Assembly: GCF_963853765.1 (NCBI RefSeq) | Contig: NC_088854.1 | Span: 18,414,001-18,478,000, forward strand | Source: Magallana gigas | Lineage: Eukaryota | DNA: 64,000 bases | Reading direction: 5' to 3' | Part shown: piece after piece, positions 11,701 to 26,200 of the stretch | Position numbering within the stretch: position 1 is the stretch's first letter | Layout: each line of letters begins with the position of its first letter | Position numbers and translations under genes: made by a program | The notes under the pieces: generated by a model | What the model saw: the letters and a program-made list of their open reading frames with translations, nothing else | Database searches by the model: none | Told to the model about the DNA's origin: nothing

Positions 11701-14700
11701 ATATTGTTCTAGTTACAAAAACACCGTCTGAACGAGAAAACAAGCTTCTACCATTCCAATCCTTATTGTTTTTGTACAAAATATAAATTTCAAGTCAGGA
11801 ATGTAATTTTCAAAAAGAATTAATTACATGTATTTAGAGATATCGGTTAAAAAATTTATAAGCAAGTGTTCAGAGTGCAATATTAACTATATGATTTGAT
11901 GAGTTAGTAAACAAGGTTTCATTCATTGGTTTAAAGTGCAAAAAAACCTAAAATCGACGTGTTGCCGTGTGTGATGACAGGGTAATAATCGCTCACTATC
12001 CGTTGATGATTGAAAATATCGTAAAAAAATTATAGAAGACCAGCAAGGGCATCGATGACATCATTACGGTCGAGAGAGTCTCGATGTGACGTTAAATAAC
12101 ACACGTTTAGTCAATATTTATACAAAAAAGTACCGTGAATTACTTTTTGATATCGTAAACTATCAATGTTTAGCAAAAGGCAAATGCACCATTTAGTTCT
12201 AAGGAGACGTAAAACAAAACTACCGACAATAGGTTAGACTTGTTAACAGATAGGGTCAAAGGAATATTAATGATCCTGACTTATAGACGAATCACCATTT
12301 CAATGACTCGTTTGATCCTTACCATAATACTCACATTTGAAATTTGCAGTGCACTGATAAAGAATCACCAATATATATCATAAATGTTCCCTGTTTGTCC
12401 CTTGACAGTTTTACAAATTCATAATTCTGGTCACGGCTTTGGTTTTATCAGACTCTATAAATGGCATGGATATACCCAACATTGTAGATTTATTTAATTC
12501 TTTAGCATTTAAAGTATCGGAAACCTATAAACATCTCTTGTAGGTTGCATCAACCGCTGTATTGATAATTGAATGCTCATTTACTTTCTTTTAAAATGTT
12601 TTATTTTGTTTGATGATATGTTTTCCGTGCAGACATTTAAACCCATTTATAAGCGACTTTCCTATGGGGAAATTTTTGTCCGATTCAAAAAACGTAAAAC
12701 AGACTCAGACAGTACCAGTCAGTGGGTTTTAATATACATGTTTTGACTAAGAATGCAATGGCAAGATTCAGCAAATTTTATATCACAGCTAGTGAACATG
12801 GCTTATTTCTAAAATTTGTATGACGATGTTAAACTTGATAGACAAAGATTGAATCTTCTTTTAATTACTGAGGAATAGCTATTTTTTAAGACATATACAC
12901 CAATGCGTAACATTAGGGGAAGTTCTTTCTCTGTGGAAATTATCACAAACTAGTGAAAATTACATGTAAATATGTAATTACATAACGTTTTACTTAACCA
13001 TTACGTTATTTTGTTATAAGACGAACAAAAATATTGGAAACAAGTACAGCTCCTCAAAGTTTAGTTTATAGCCTGATAAACTGAATTTTATAAATATACT
13101 AGTACAGATTAGTATTTCATTCAAATTTATTTAATTCAAAATTCATTTTGTCGATAAAAAGCGTTTACGTTTGATTATTCAGTCTTCCGACAGACAATGA
13201 ATTTTAAACGTCCTTCATTTAAAATTCATCAATTATAAGGCCGTTTTATGTAGTTGAATAACACCAAATTAACACATCAGGGCTAAGTACTGTTTGGCAC
13301 AATAGTCTTTTCTTCCAAGTAAAAAGTTGGTGGGTTTTTTCATGACCGACCACTACTGCATCCCGGTTTCCATGGTGCATGCGCATCGTACAAAACTATT
13401 TTGCTCTGCACGAAATTTGAGACCACTGATAAAACAATTAGGTTATTATAAAGGAATAAACTAGACTCCTTACAGGTTTTTAAGGACTGTATCGATTTCT
13501 CGGAGTTTATTAAGTTAATATTGTCAAAAGACAGTAGCACAAACAACGGTTATATGTTGAGCTGGGTTCGTAAGCATGGAAGGGGGGGGGGGCACATAGC
13601 ATTGTATCTACGGCAGGTTAAACAAATCACCGCATTCAAATATGCTCAGTCAAATAGAAATTATATTTTTTCTCACGTATCGAAAATTGTTTGCAACAAA
13701 AGGCCTGTTGCGGAATTCTAGTGTACCTTGATCGCTGTTGCCAGAGTGAATGTGTTGCCTCGTTGATACAACAAGGCTGTCCAGAATTTACACTAATAAA
13801 ATGTATTAAGTTTTGTTCAGATTATCATCCTGATGTTCAGAAAATGTTGGTTTATTATTAAATCAAGATAAGTAAGGATACTTTGCATACTTTCTATATT
13901 CTGATATATCCGTCCAATTTCAAACGTCGGTCATTGAATATGGATGTACTCAATAAAGGTTAACATTGTATCAAAAATTAACACGCAATGCGTGTCTACA
14001 TAGTAGTACATGTACAACAAATAATTGGCATTATCGTGGCATGCTTGAAAACAAGTGCTGAAAACTCGGCATCGCGTTAACATTAAAAACTATTAAAAAC
14101 TACTATTACATTGAGTAAACTACAGAAAAATAATTTTAAAAAAATATGTTTTGATATATTTTCAACAGATTTAAAAGTGAAATGAAATTGATAGAATACC
14201 TATCAAATAGATTAACGAGTGTATATTTATGAAATGAAAAATCTTACATTTACCTACCTTTCAAATAGATCAAACCGAAATGGAATCCCAATAATACAGT
14301 AATCATTTAAATGAAATTAAATTTTGACTCACCTTATTTCAGGAATCCCAGAGTCAACAGAATCGCGACTGTGTCCGGGAGTCTTTATAAATCTCCCTGA
14401 TAAGTGGAGGTACGAACGCTATCCCAATCACACACCAACGAAAGGGCCGCCGTCGCAGTTTAGAACTGGTCTTGATTTAAAGGCGAACAGCAGGAACAAT
14501 GGCCCCAGAATCAGCTCGCCGCTTCATTATGAAGCCAAGTTGATTAGTTCCTGAGTGGCTGATAAAAGGTTATTTAAACATCGATTATGCGCTGACAAAA
14601 ATGCAGACTTCTGATAAAAAGCGGGGAGTCGACATGCCATTTATAGAGTAAGGGTGATGAATGGGGGTAGGTTTTTGGCATTATGCTCGCGATGATAAGA

Positions 14701-15405
14701 ACTACTAACGGCCCAACAAGGTCCGAAGTTTGGATTTTTTTGTGTTTATTCGTCATTAGTCCGATCAATATATCCTATCTTGTAATCACTGAATGACTCG
14801 GCTTTTTCGTAAATATTTCCTAATTGATTCGACCTTTATTACATTGAATATTAATACATTGATCAGCATTAAATTTCTTCTATACGTAATATATACACAT
14901 CAAGTAAGTAATTTATGGTGTCCTTTACTCGAGAAGGATAAAGAAAAAAGAGTAACGACCCCCTCCCTGGATTTATCGCTTGGTTTGGATTGATTTAATG
15001 CAAAATTTGAAGGGTTAAATTTGTGACTTAACTGAAAAGTTCGTGAATCTAAATACTTGTTGATATTTTCAAACCACTTATTGTCAAAATATGAAATGCT
15101 AAATGTAAATCTCGATGCCCCGGTTTGAAACCTTTGATAAAACAGTCAAACGACCCGACATCTAGAAAACTGTGGAACTCTGTGATATCAGTACCCCGTC
15201 AAAATGTCCCTTCTGTGCCAACTTTGTCCTCGTTAAAGTACGCTAACTTGGCAAATATCATGAACACTACATGGAGGATACAATGCGTATTTAAATCCTA
15301 TTTACAATATAAACAAATCTGTCCCACAAACGAAGTCAAACCTCACAAAAACGTCAAACAGACAGGTATATATGCCCGGGCTACGTTCTTGTAATGGCTC
15401 CGTAG

Positions 15406-16012
15406 CCCTTACCTAGCCGCTACGATCTTGAACGATACCCTTTTCTGGCTGCTACGATCTTGAACGATGTCCTTATCTAGCCGCTACGATCTTGAACGAT
15501 ACCCTTACCTATAGCTGCTACGATCTTGAACGATACCCTTACCTAGCCGCTACGATCTTGAACGATACCCTTACCTATAGCCGCTACGATCTTGAACGAT
15601 ACCCTTACCTAGCCGCTACGATATTGAAGGATACCCTTACCTAGCCGCTACGATCTTGAACGATACCCTTGCCTAGCCGCTACGATCTTGAACGATACCC
15701 TTACCTAGCCGCTACGATCTTGAACTATGTCCTTTCCTGGCTGCTACGATCTTGGACGATGCCCTTATCTAGCCGCTACGACCTTGAACGATACCCTTTC
15801 CCATAGCCGCTACGGTTTTGAACGATGCCCTACCTATCTGCTACGATCTTGAACGATGCATGCCCTTACTTATCCGCTACAATCTTGAACGATATCCGTT
15901 CCTAGCCGCTTCGATCTTGAACGATGCCCTTTCCTACCCATTACGATCTTGAACGATGCTCAAACATATAACTGTATGATCTTGAACGATGCCACAATCT
16001 ATAGCCGCTACG
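15406..16012. repeat. 32-34 bp minisatellite, ~18 copies
   Basis: Unit CCTTACCTAGCCGCTACGATCTTGAACGATAC repeated in tandem, some copies carrying an AT insertion, and diverging toward the 3' end. Confidence 0.95.
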
Positions 16013-19000
16013 TAGAAATTTGTAGCCTAAATTTTTAGCATCGTGTATTTAAGTTTACTACCATGGTTAACGATTTATGATACATATATCTAGTATCCCT
16101 CAAAGAAATGCCTAGTTGGTTTAGTCGTAAAATACAATTTCAAATTAATTTTTTTTTCCAATTAAATTATATATTTATATATTTTGGTAATGTTATAATA
16201 CAAGTTTACAAAAGCACAATTTCTAGATATGTCAAGTTTTGAATACTTTTATAAAAAACAAGAAAAAATATTTCCTTAGGTTTCGCACCACAACCTAAAA
16301 AGCTTTGTTATGTAAGGCTACCTAATTTCTGGTGCTCTTACCTCTGAGCTATTTCAGTCACAACAAAGCGTGGTGTTCAAAAATGCTATGCTCGACTTTG
16401 GCCACGAATTTACGGACTTGTATTATTTTTCTAAAATGTTCCATTGTTAGACAAACTATTTGTTAATATATAGTGGGTCATCTCTTCACGTATTTGTTGA
16501 TTGAAATCGGGCTGTTTACCAATATATCTTATCTAGTCCAACTCTATAAAAGAATATGCAATAAAGTTGAAGATGTAGAATAAAAAAATTACACTATTTG
16601 GAGGTTTTGATACACATACTCTTGTTTAAATCATCATATTCAAAGTATTGAACATATTTAAGGGTAACAAATCGATGTTATGTTAGATATACATAGTTTG
16701 AAATATTTAAAAAAAATTAACAGATTTGTTGATATTTTGATTTTTCAGAATTATATCCGTGCTTTAATAGACATTACCGCCCATCTCCTTTACTCTGTAT
16801 GGAAATAATTTCTTCATCTGAAAGAATGTAGGTACATGTACATGCAATTGATCATGATTTATAGATCCATATTTCCATTTGTAATAAGCAAATTATGCCC
16901 TATTTCAAGTTTAATGGCATACTGGTATATTCTAAAACCTAGGGGCAAAACAAGCCGGCGGTTGGCAGTCCCTGTTAATGAAACTACACTTACAATCATA
17001 CTTAACATTGACGGGATCCGCTATGCTATCATAACGAGACTTGTAAATTTCAATATTCAGGGTCCTAGTATCTTTCGGTGACAAGAGAGGACTAACAACC
17101 CTTAACCATCAAAAAGCGACTTTTTCTAATTGGAACTTTAGGTGTCTGGATGATTTCAGTGCTAAATAATCATTATCAAATTTAGTTTATTAACTAATAA
17201 AAATTGATTTTTAACTACTAGCAACGACTAGTAAAAATCAATTGCAGTTTTATCTTATTCCACATCATAAATAGTTTAAAAAAATCATCAAACTCTTCTT
17301 TGCTTGGAGGTAGAATAAACTATAAAATAGCCTCGACTGTATAGCATCCTTAAATTTTAACACCGGTCTAAGGAGGTCGATTCATGCAGAAATCTTATGG
17401 TTGGATTAAAACGCCAATAATAATACAGGGTTCATGTGGTGTTACTTATAATTCTCTTTTGAATTTTTTGGAGTTATTTATTGGACAAATAAAAGAGGAA
17501 TAAATAAAATTCAATGCTAGCATATCACAAAATTTAGAAAATTGAATAGGGGTCGAACGTTCAAGATATATGCTTGTAAAGTTTTCATATGCAAAGTAGA
17601 TTATTCCGGAATAAATTATTATTTCTAATGCGTTTTAAGAGTTTTATACATGAATTGTATATATCTAAAAAGAGGCGTTTCACCAAACAGAATTTCTACA
17701 CATTATCTCAGAATCGTATACAAACCAAAGGCTTAGTTCCAGGGTGATTACAACAGAAATATGTAACTTTTGAAAATACGACCTAAAACAAAATTCATAT
17801 CTTATGCGTTATCTAAACCTTTTTAATGCGAATTTATTTTGTTATCATAAATTGAGATTTAAGCAAATGGCATTGCAATGGGAAAACAGTTTTAGCGACT
17901 AAAGATAAATTAGAATGAGATTATTAACTACTTGTCTGTCCAAGTGTGTACCGTGTAAACACAACTATATAGTGGTAAATCTCTCTACACTATACATACA
18001 CATTTCTGATATCGATATTTTAAAAATAAAACACTGTGAATTGAATCGACAGTCTCTGATATAGATCGATGATATTGTACTATACTAAAATTATACTAAG
18101 AATTGTCACTGGTTTACCTATTTTCTACTTTATTTATGGATTTCCTTCATTTCAAAACAAAGTCACACAAATCGTATTTCTTACAAATGTTTTTGATATG
18201 CTAGATAAATTTTGATTGAGATTGTGAACTTAATCCTGCTTTGAATATGTGATTCAATATTTAATTTTTGTTCTGGGAAGTTTGTAACCGTGCATGCTCC
18301 TTATACTATCGACATATTTTATCCGCGCCCCCAAGTTAATCATTTTGATTTAAATAGTCAACATCCTCATGGTTCGTGATACTATTATTTTGTTCATACA
18401 TCTGTAACTGCCATGTGTATTTTATCGACGTCTATTTGTTGTCTACTTCAGTGTTCCTATTATATGTAATTGTATTAAAATTATTCAACAGGTGGACGGA
18501 TTACACCTAATCCCAGTTGCATAATTGTACAAAAATGTTCAAATCCAATCAATCATTGAGATTTAAGGCAGAAATTCTTAATGTCAAGGGAGATAATCGG
18601 AATCCACATCTTCCTGGTATAAATTATTATAAATTATTCCTGTCAATAAAGAATGAATTAAGACGTCTTGACACAGTGATCAAGTGTATTCAAACTGCAG
18701 ACAGCATCCATAATATTGCATTACAAGATATATTGACATTGCACATTGAAAACTCCACTACTGAAGTGGGGTTATTATTCGGCAATTGCTTAATAAAAGT
18801 GCCAGGTATAATAACACCCATGAACTAAGGTCTAGCAAGATGAAGATATGAAATTGCGCATTTAAGAACGTTCTCGAGAAGTAATTTGTATATTTTTCGT
18901 AGTACATGTAATAAATAATTTCACAATATTATGTGATGATCTGGGGGTCGTTCGCCAAAAAACTTCCAGTTGAGTTATGGCAATATCAATGGAAAGATTC

Positions 19001-19327
19001 AAAATTCAACTGTAGCAATCTGTTCTTATTTTACACTGTTAACAAAAATGTACTTAACGCAAATCTTTCACTGAAGATATAAAACACTGATGAATGAGGT
19101 TATTATAACAGTTCATTCATTACACGTACAATATAGCTGGAATTTTCCTAGAAAAGTCCATTATCCTTCGTATTTTTTAAAATCAGAAACACAAGAGTCA
19201 TATGCATTTATTTAAAAACATTGTGTTTTATTTGGACCTAGTTTTGACAATTCTATGTACATGAGCTGAAATGATACTGCATGCTGATTGATCACACCCG
19301 ATTGGCCTTTTTTTATTTGCGGAACAA

Positions 19328-21281
19328 CTACCGTTTTCCGATTGTGGCTCGCCGCTTAATCCCTCCGCCGTCGTTATAAAGCATCTTTTGGTGGTCTTTA
19401 TAGACCGCCATGTTAGACCACGAATAATAATTGTTATCAACAAAGGCCGTCCGCTTATTGAACTCAATGGTCTTCATTTTAGCTGCTAGCGTTGGGGCAG
19501 TTAGTCGATTCACTATTCCCTGATCTTCTCTGTCTCTCCGAGATTCTATTGTTGTGTTTGACCTTATTAGATTTGGTTTCCTTCGCGGAAGTCCGTTGAC
19601 GTCACCTTGCGCAGTCGCAGGACGGGATGCTGCCTTTAAAGGTTTTGGTTCCCGCCAAGATGGATGTCGCATTCCGGAATGTTTTGCAGAGGCAACATTC
19701 TGAAATATAATGGACAAATTATACAGAAAATTTCAAAGGTACATGTTTACACGTTTGCGAACGACATATAGATCTGTGTTATTCGAGAGCTTTTGTCCAA
19801 TGCGAAAATTTAAGGAAAATAGTTTTTAATTCGATATTGTAGTGATAAAAAAAAACCCGAGCATTTCAGATCTATTACATTTTTCTTTGGAGTGATAATT
19901 GTAACTTTTAATTATACCCAGAAGGAGAGGAGGATGTACTGTTTCACCCTTGCGTTTCTGTGTGTCTGTCCGTAATAAATCAATGTCGCATTTCTCTCAG
20001 AAACAATAAAACCCACATGCTTGAAATTTTAAAATCTTTGTTTAGGTATGCCATATGGTGGGATTCATTTTTGAAAAAATTCAAAATCAACTTTTGTATA
20101 TTTGGCTATTTTGTATATTCACATTAGAGAGGGGGTATCACTAGTGAGCATTGACTCACAGATGTCTTGTTAATTTTGCAAACAACGATAGTTCTGAAGG
20201 CTACACTTGATATATCTGACATGTAGAGCCGTGAAATACAGCATCCGGGTGAGTTAATGGACCAAAACAAACAAGGTTCCAAGTATATTTCACACCGGTA
20301 TCAAACTTTAAGGTGGGAACTCTAGTTATTGAAACATTCATTGATGTATGTTAGTATCTTTTCGTACTTTGTCTAGACTTTTCTTTAAAATGGCGTTTGG
20401 CGCCTCTCGTTATACTTTTTAGAGTGAGTTGATTAAAAACGAGGCCTATATACTTTTGTAGCTTCCGTTTTCGTAGCATTATTAAATTTTCATTTAATCA
20501 GCATTTGACACAGACTTGCAACACTAAACAATGGCATTAGCATGTTTCTGGCCAAACAAGAAACCTTAACATCTGTTGAAGTGTATTACATAGGAAACAG
20601 AAAGCCACTTAAACCCAGTCGATTGACTAAGTACTCCACAGACCGGTCATTATAAGGGCGCATAACTAGGCCCACTAATCAGGGTCCAGATAATCTCATT
20701 AACACTATGGTTAATTCTAAACCTGCTAGTCGTGATAAGGCTTGTCTCAAACCCTGACTTCATTCTTGGTCAAAAAGGTTAATTTTATGTTACCAGAGTA
20801 TCACTGATAACGATTTGTATGAAATAAAACACTAAAGAATATAAAAGACAAAACTGATTATTGTAAACCAGGATCGACAGTACATCAAAATCAACAAAAA
20901 TGTATTAAAATAATAACATACTGTAAATATGAAATATTATATAAAAAGTAACTATTTTGATCAATACAAAAGTAAAAGGGTGTTTTTCTTCAAAATGGAG
21001 ACTTGTTTGAACTTTCATGTCTTTTATATATCATATAATAATTATTTACAAATATACTTGTTTTGGTACTTTCTTGATTTATAGGTACACACGAATATAC
21101 TGATCCTAAAAATTAGTTAAATCTCAGACACTTTACGGTCGCCATTGGTATTTATTACCATTGATTTCTGGGAAGTCGAACCCTGTCCATTTCTGGAAGA
21201 GCGTCTGGAGTACCTGGATGTTTCCGAAGCCGAATCTGTCCTCCAGCTCACAGGAAGAGAAGCTTCTGACATGGCCGACAT
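19328..21281 (-). CDS. Hypothetical two-exon protein, ~164 aa, basic and Ser/Arg-rich
   Basis: Exon 1 21281-21159 (MSAMSEASLP...SQKSM, donor GTAATA, phase 0) joins exon 2 19699-19328 (acceptor tatatttcag, phase 0, NVASAKH...ATIGKR*). Both exons are GC-richer than their flanks. No recognisable domain. Confidence 0.55.
19906..20171 (+). mobile_element. Non-autonomous Helentron/DINE-1-like element (HINE) in the intron of the 164-aa gene
   Basis: 5' T-rich start with subterminal TTATACCC, a GTCTGTCCGT microsatellite-like tract, inverted subterminal GGGGTATCA (20132-20140), 3' hairpin GTGAG-CATTGA-CTCAC (20144-20159), and a TCTTGTT end. Confidence 0.6.
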
Positions 21282-21711
21282 TTTAAGCAGAATTTCCTCG
21301 ATTCATTTTCCACTCGGCACAACTAATTAATTAATTGCCAAGAACTCAAAAACTTGCTCATCGTCCCAAGAGAAATTATCCGTGCCTGTCAATGTTCATG
21401 TTACAATCCAAAGAAAATAATAACATAACACGAAACAACCATTCTCTTCTATCATTCAACGAAAAAGAGTGTGTTCGAATTTAAGCTTACAAGATTTAAG
21501 CCGATTGAGAAGTGTTAAGATTTTGAAAATCCGCTTACTTATTTCCTAATTGTGCGTGTTTAGTTTAAAGGTAAAGGTAATGAAGAGGTTTCTATAATGA
21601 CTCATTTGTAAAAATGTATAGGGATTATTCAGGTTGCTATATCTTGTTTTGTTTACGTTTATATATTGCATATTGATTTCTGAACGAAACGCCATCTTAT
21701 CTAAATAGTAT

Positions 21712-21850
21712 ATGCGCGGATCTAGCAATTCTTCTAAGCGCCAGTCCGAAAGATAATTTTGTTTGCAAGGAGGAGGTTGGCCCATGGCCTTTTTTGGTAA
21801 TTTGACATTGTGAATTTAATGATTTTTTTATCAGAGGGGAGGTCCAGAAC
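21712..21850. mobile_element. Degenerate MITE-like element
   Basis: Imperfect terminal inverted repeats TGCGCGGATCTA ... TGATCTACGCA around a GC-richer core; no clear TSD. Confidence 0.35.
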
Positions 21851-23259
21851 CTCACCCCATGGCACCCCCTTGTTGATCTACGCAAGTAGTAGTTTGCATA
21901 AAAGCAGCATTTTGAAGTTCATGATGTTTATCAAACAACAAAAAGGCTTGAAATTAATTATCAGCAGTAGTGACACCTGTTCACATTTTACAAGACAATT
22001 GAAACTCAAATTTAGCATAACTTTTGTATTGATAATATGTTCGACCATAGGCGGTCGCAAGATTTTCTGAAAAGAGGACGGGGGTGTCACGTTCTCCCAT
22101 ACGACCACTCATGTACCATGTACACACTTTTTTTGGTCTTAATCAAGTCGTTAATTTTTTCATTGAAATATGTACTACTTGTATACATACCTAAAATAAG
22201 TCTTGAATTGATCATTTTTTTTTGGTTATTACTGTGCCCAAGGTAATGGAAATTTAAAAAAAATATCATACCAAAAGTTATAATGGAGTATCCAAATAAG
22301 AATATGCACCAATATAATACTGATCAGGGCACACCACTGGGGAAAGTGTTACAACTCTTGGCAAACTTTGAAAAAAACCCTTTATTGGAGGTCACCTATT
22401 ACATGTACTCAAATCCAAAACAACGTTTAAGAGACTTTATTCCTGAACATTTTATACAGTAACAAAGTCTTAAACAAAACGATGTCCCTAGATATTGGAG
22501 TTTAACAAGTAAATATAAAAAAGTCAACAGTTAAACATTTGTGATATATATAGTATATACTGAGCATATACACAATGTACACAAATCTATTAACAATTCA
22601 TAGATCTCAACAATCTGGGAGGCCATAAATCGTTTCATAAAATCTTATTTCAGCCATTGTCCAATATATCATAAAATAAGAGGATACATGTTATTTCTGT
22701 TTTCATTAAATCATTGAAAAAAAATATATATTCTCAATACTTAAAAACCCTAACACGACTAGATTTGTCCATAAGCATTGCCTATGCATGAACAAAGCAC
22801 ATAATCAATATTCTCTTTACTTGTATACCCACAAAAAAACATTGTCTTAGAGTATGATTTGGAAATGAAATATGCTGACCAAAAACAAACCACAATCTAA
22901 CTCACTAGTACCAAGATTACTAAATATAAATCTGGAGTTTTGCACTACAACATACATTAAAACAAACATACAACATGTAAAACCTTCATTGTACCCGTGT
23001 AAGGACAAAGTCATATCAATTAAGGAAGAATTCATTTGGCAAAGACTTTTGGCCAATAATAATTGTTCTTCACAGTAGAAAACAAAATGCAGTAATGCCA
23101 AAAACCAAAAAACCCAGTTTCATGATAATATCTGTAAAAAACAAAATATTGAAAACTTTAAGCTTCAGAAACAAAGCCTATAGATATGAGTTTTTCACCT
23201 TTTCATCTATATGCTACAAGTTGTGATGCACCAACTTGTCCAATGCTGTATTGTCCAGG

Positions 23260-26200
23260 TTAGGGTTGAGAGAGAGGGGGAGAATGCTCCTCATGGTCAT
23301 CGACTTTGATCTTACTGTATGCTAGGGGCAATACTGCATTAGGATTAACATAATCTGAGACCCCTGCTATGTTGTAGTTGTTGGCCAATGCGCCATTGCC
23401 ATAGAAATGGAAAAGCATCTGGTTGTCCATGTAAACTCCCTCACGGTCAGGTTGCTGTTTGTTGGGGGTGGTGGAGGTGTAAAAGGGTGGGGCCAGGTAT
23501 CCTTCATAAGCACTGTACATGCGACAAGCCTGGTCATACTCATTGTACAGCATCTGAGGGGAGAGCTGATGGTAAGGGTACCCTGCATAGGCAGTATGTT
23601 CTGTTGTAAAGAAAGATGCAGGAAATTAAAAGGTACTCAAATACACTAATACAAGATCATTAATCCACATTGCAATTTGAGCACTGAATTTCTTCTTGCA
23701 TCTTTAACAATTTCATCCCCGAACATTTTCAAAAGCTTTTTCCTTTTACATTTAACATTCGATTACACACATATCATACTGGTTCAATTATAATGTTAGA
23801 CAATCAAACCCCCTCAATACCTACCTATACCAGGGAAAGCATTTTCTGTCTTTGGAACTTTGAGCGATTCAAATGGAGGCATGACAGCCAGGGGTTTCTG
23901 CATGTGGCCGTAGTCCTCGGCCCCGGACTGGATTCGGATACGCTTCACTTGGTAAGGGTTACCATTCCCTTCTTCCAAATCTGTCCGGGAAAAATATGTT
24001 CTTCATCAAAACCGTGGCTTGCATGCCTCATCTTACATTAAAACTGCTCTGTTTGACAAATATGGGTGTACCCATTTAGTGGCCATCACATATATTTATG
24101 CATATGAATAATATTCACCTCAGTTTAACAGGCCACCCCAAAATCCCCAATATCAATGAGGATGTTAAAATATCAATTGCTCCAGAGATGTCAGTATGCC
24201 ATGAATACTTCACTAGTGGGTAATTTAAGAGTATTTGGTGTCTGACAGTAGCTCATAAAAAAGAAAACTTAATTGCACAAAAACAACTCATTAAAAAAAA
24301 AAAGTAATTAAAGAAAAAGCTGTAATATAAGCCAAGGCTTGAATTATTAAAAGCCTTAATGATCAAGTACTGGGTATTATTGTTCATGAATAAAAATTCA
24401 TCCAGCTAGAAGACAATTTTTAAGAAAATCACAGAAAACCCCATTTCCCCTTACCAAAAGGGTCCTCTGTTGAATTGAAATATTTCAGCATTATTAGAGA
24501 GGTTGAGATTTAAAACGTGTACTGGTACGCATACGTGTGTTATAACTACACGTACAAGTACACATTTTTGTAATTCATCAGTTGAGATTTCATAACTTGT
24601 AGGATATAAACGTGTACGTAAATTTCGACATGAATTTACTTAATTAACTCTAAATTAATGGTGGATTTCTTATCAATTTGCATGCAAATGAAGTTTAAAA
24701 ATCAATGTAATGTACTACAAGAATATATTTACCCATCAATTAGATTATATTTGTTGTAAAAGCTACAAGTTTGTACTTACGTGTAGACGACAGTCTACAA
24801 GTTTAGAAAACGTGAAGAAACTTTGTCGTCACAAAAACTGATGATGTAATACGCGAAGAATTTAGGTGATTCCCCTAGTACACGTACACGTTTGAAATCT
24901 CAACCTCTCTATTATTACCTCTTTTGAAACCAGTCTTCATTTTGTCAATCAGCTTAGAATCCTTCGAGGTTTCTTCATGTATTTGGCTGTAAGACAATGG
25001 AAACAACATACACGTATAAGCAATATAATGGTATACCTTGGGAAGAGCAAATAATACTGTGGAATCATTAATTTTCGTGGGGTCCAATTTTCGTGGATTG
25101 CTGAAATTTTACAGGTTCGTGGGGACGTAATTTCGTGTATTCTCTTAATCCCACAGAGGAAATATTACTTTATTACCCCAATTTATTAATTCGTGGAGGA
25201 TGTTAATTCGTGGATGAGAGGTACCCACGAATTCAATGAAAATTGAGCCACCACGAAATCTAATGATTCCACAGTACACCAGTCTTCAGTAGGTCACATT
25301 AACGTACTCAGACTCCATGGATGATGTCACTAGGTTGGATTCTCCAGGGGACAGGGGTAACTTGACAGGCTTTCCTCCTTTCTCATTCCTCTTCCCATTC
25401 TTACTATTCCCTTCGGCGACTGGTCCTTTCGCCATCAACTCGGCAATCTATACATGTGTGATTATTGCTTCATGAATACATTCAATCAAGCCCAAGTACA
25501 AACACATAACTGCATGAATGGGTTTCAAGAGAACATATACAGTTCATCTATAAACATGTCTATAAAGTATAAAAGTGGTATGGTTTTGGACAACGTATAT
25601 GAAATACATTTGTTCACAATTACTATGACTCTCTCTTTTCTTTATTTCAATTCATATTAATTGCAAATAATGCAAACAACCCCCCCCCCCCCCCCCCCCC
25701 CCCCATTGCTTCAATCATACTTACATGATATTTTCAAATAAATTCCAAGCATAATTTAATTTCAATACCTGATTTTGAAATTCTTGAGGCAGTGCTTCAT
25801 TGACCAGTTTCAGATACTCTACACACATTTCCAAGATGGATGCCATATCTGTTTTGCGACCCCTAACATAAGGCAATAGCACCCTCAGTTGGTCACAACT
25901 ATCTTTTATTCTTTCTCTGGCAATGACAATGTAAACATTTTAATGAAACTTCTCAAAACTCATTTCAAAATTATTTACTGTCATTTTCCTATACATGTAC
26001 CTCCTAACTTTTTCCTTCGTCGTATGATCAATTGCACTGCTACTCTTGTGCACCTTCCCATCTCTGAGCTTTGGCACCATGGCTTTCAGTTGAGAAAATG
26101 AAGGAAGACGCACGAGGCACTTATCCAAACACTGGGACAATGCAGGAGATTCAATTCCACTATCCATAGAAATCCTGCAAAACAATGAAAATGTTAATAT

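Noticed and set aside
15406-16012. CRISPR-like array (also considered for 30548-31848)
   Set aside because: Units are contiguous with no unique spacers, there are no cas genes, and the context is eukaryotic.
18517-18828. 103-aa plus-strand ORF
   Set aside because: TTG start, AT-rich, no motifs or supporting splice partners.
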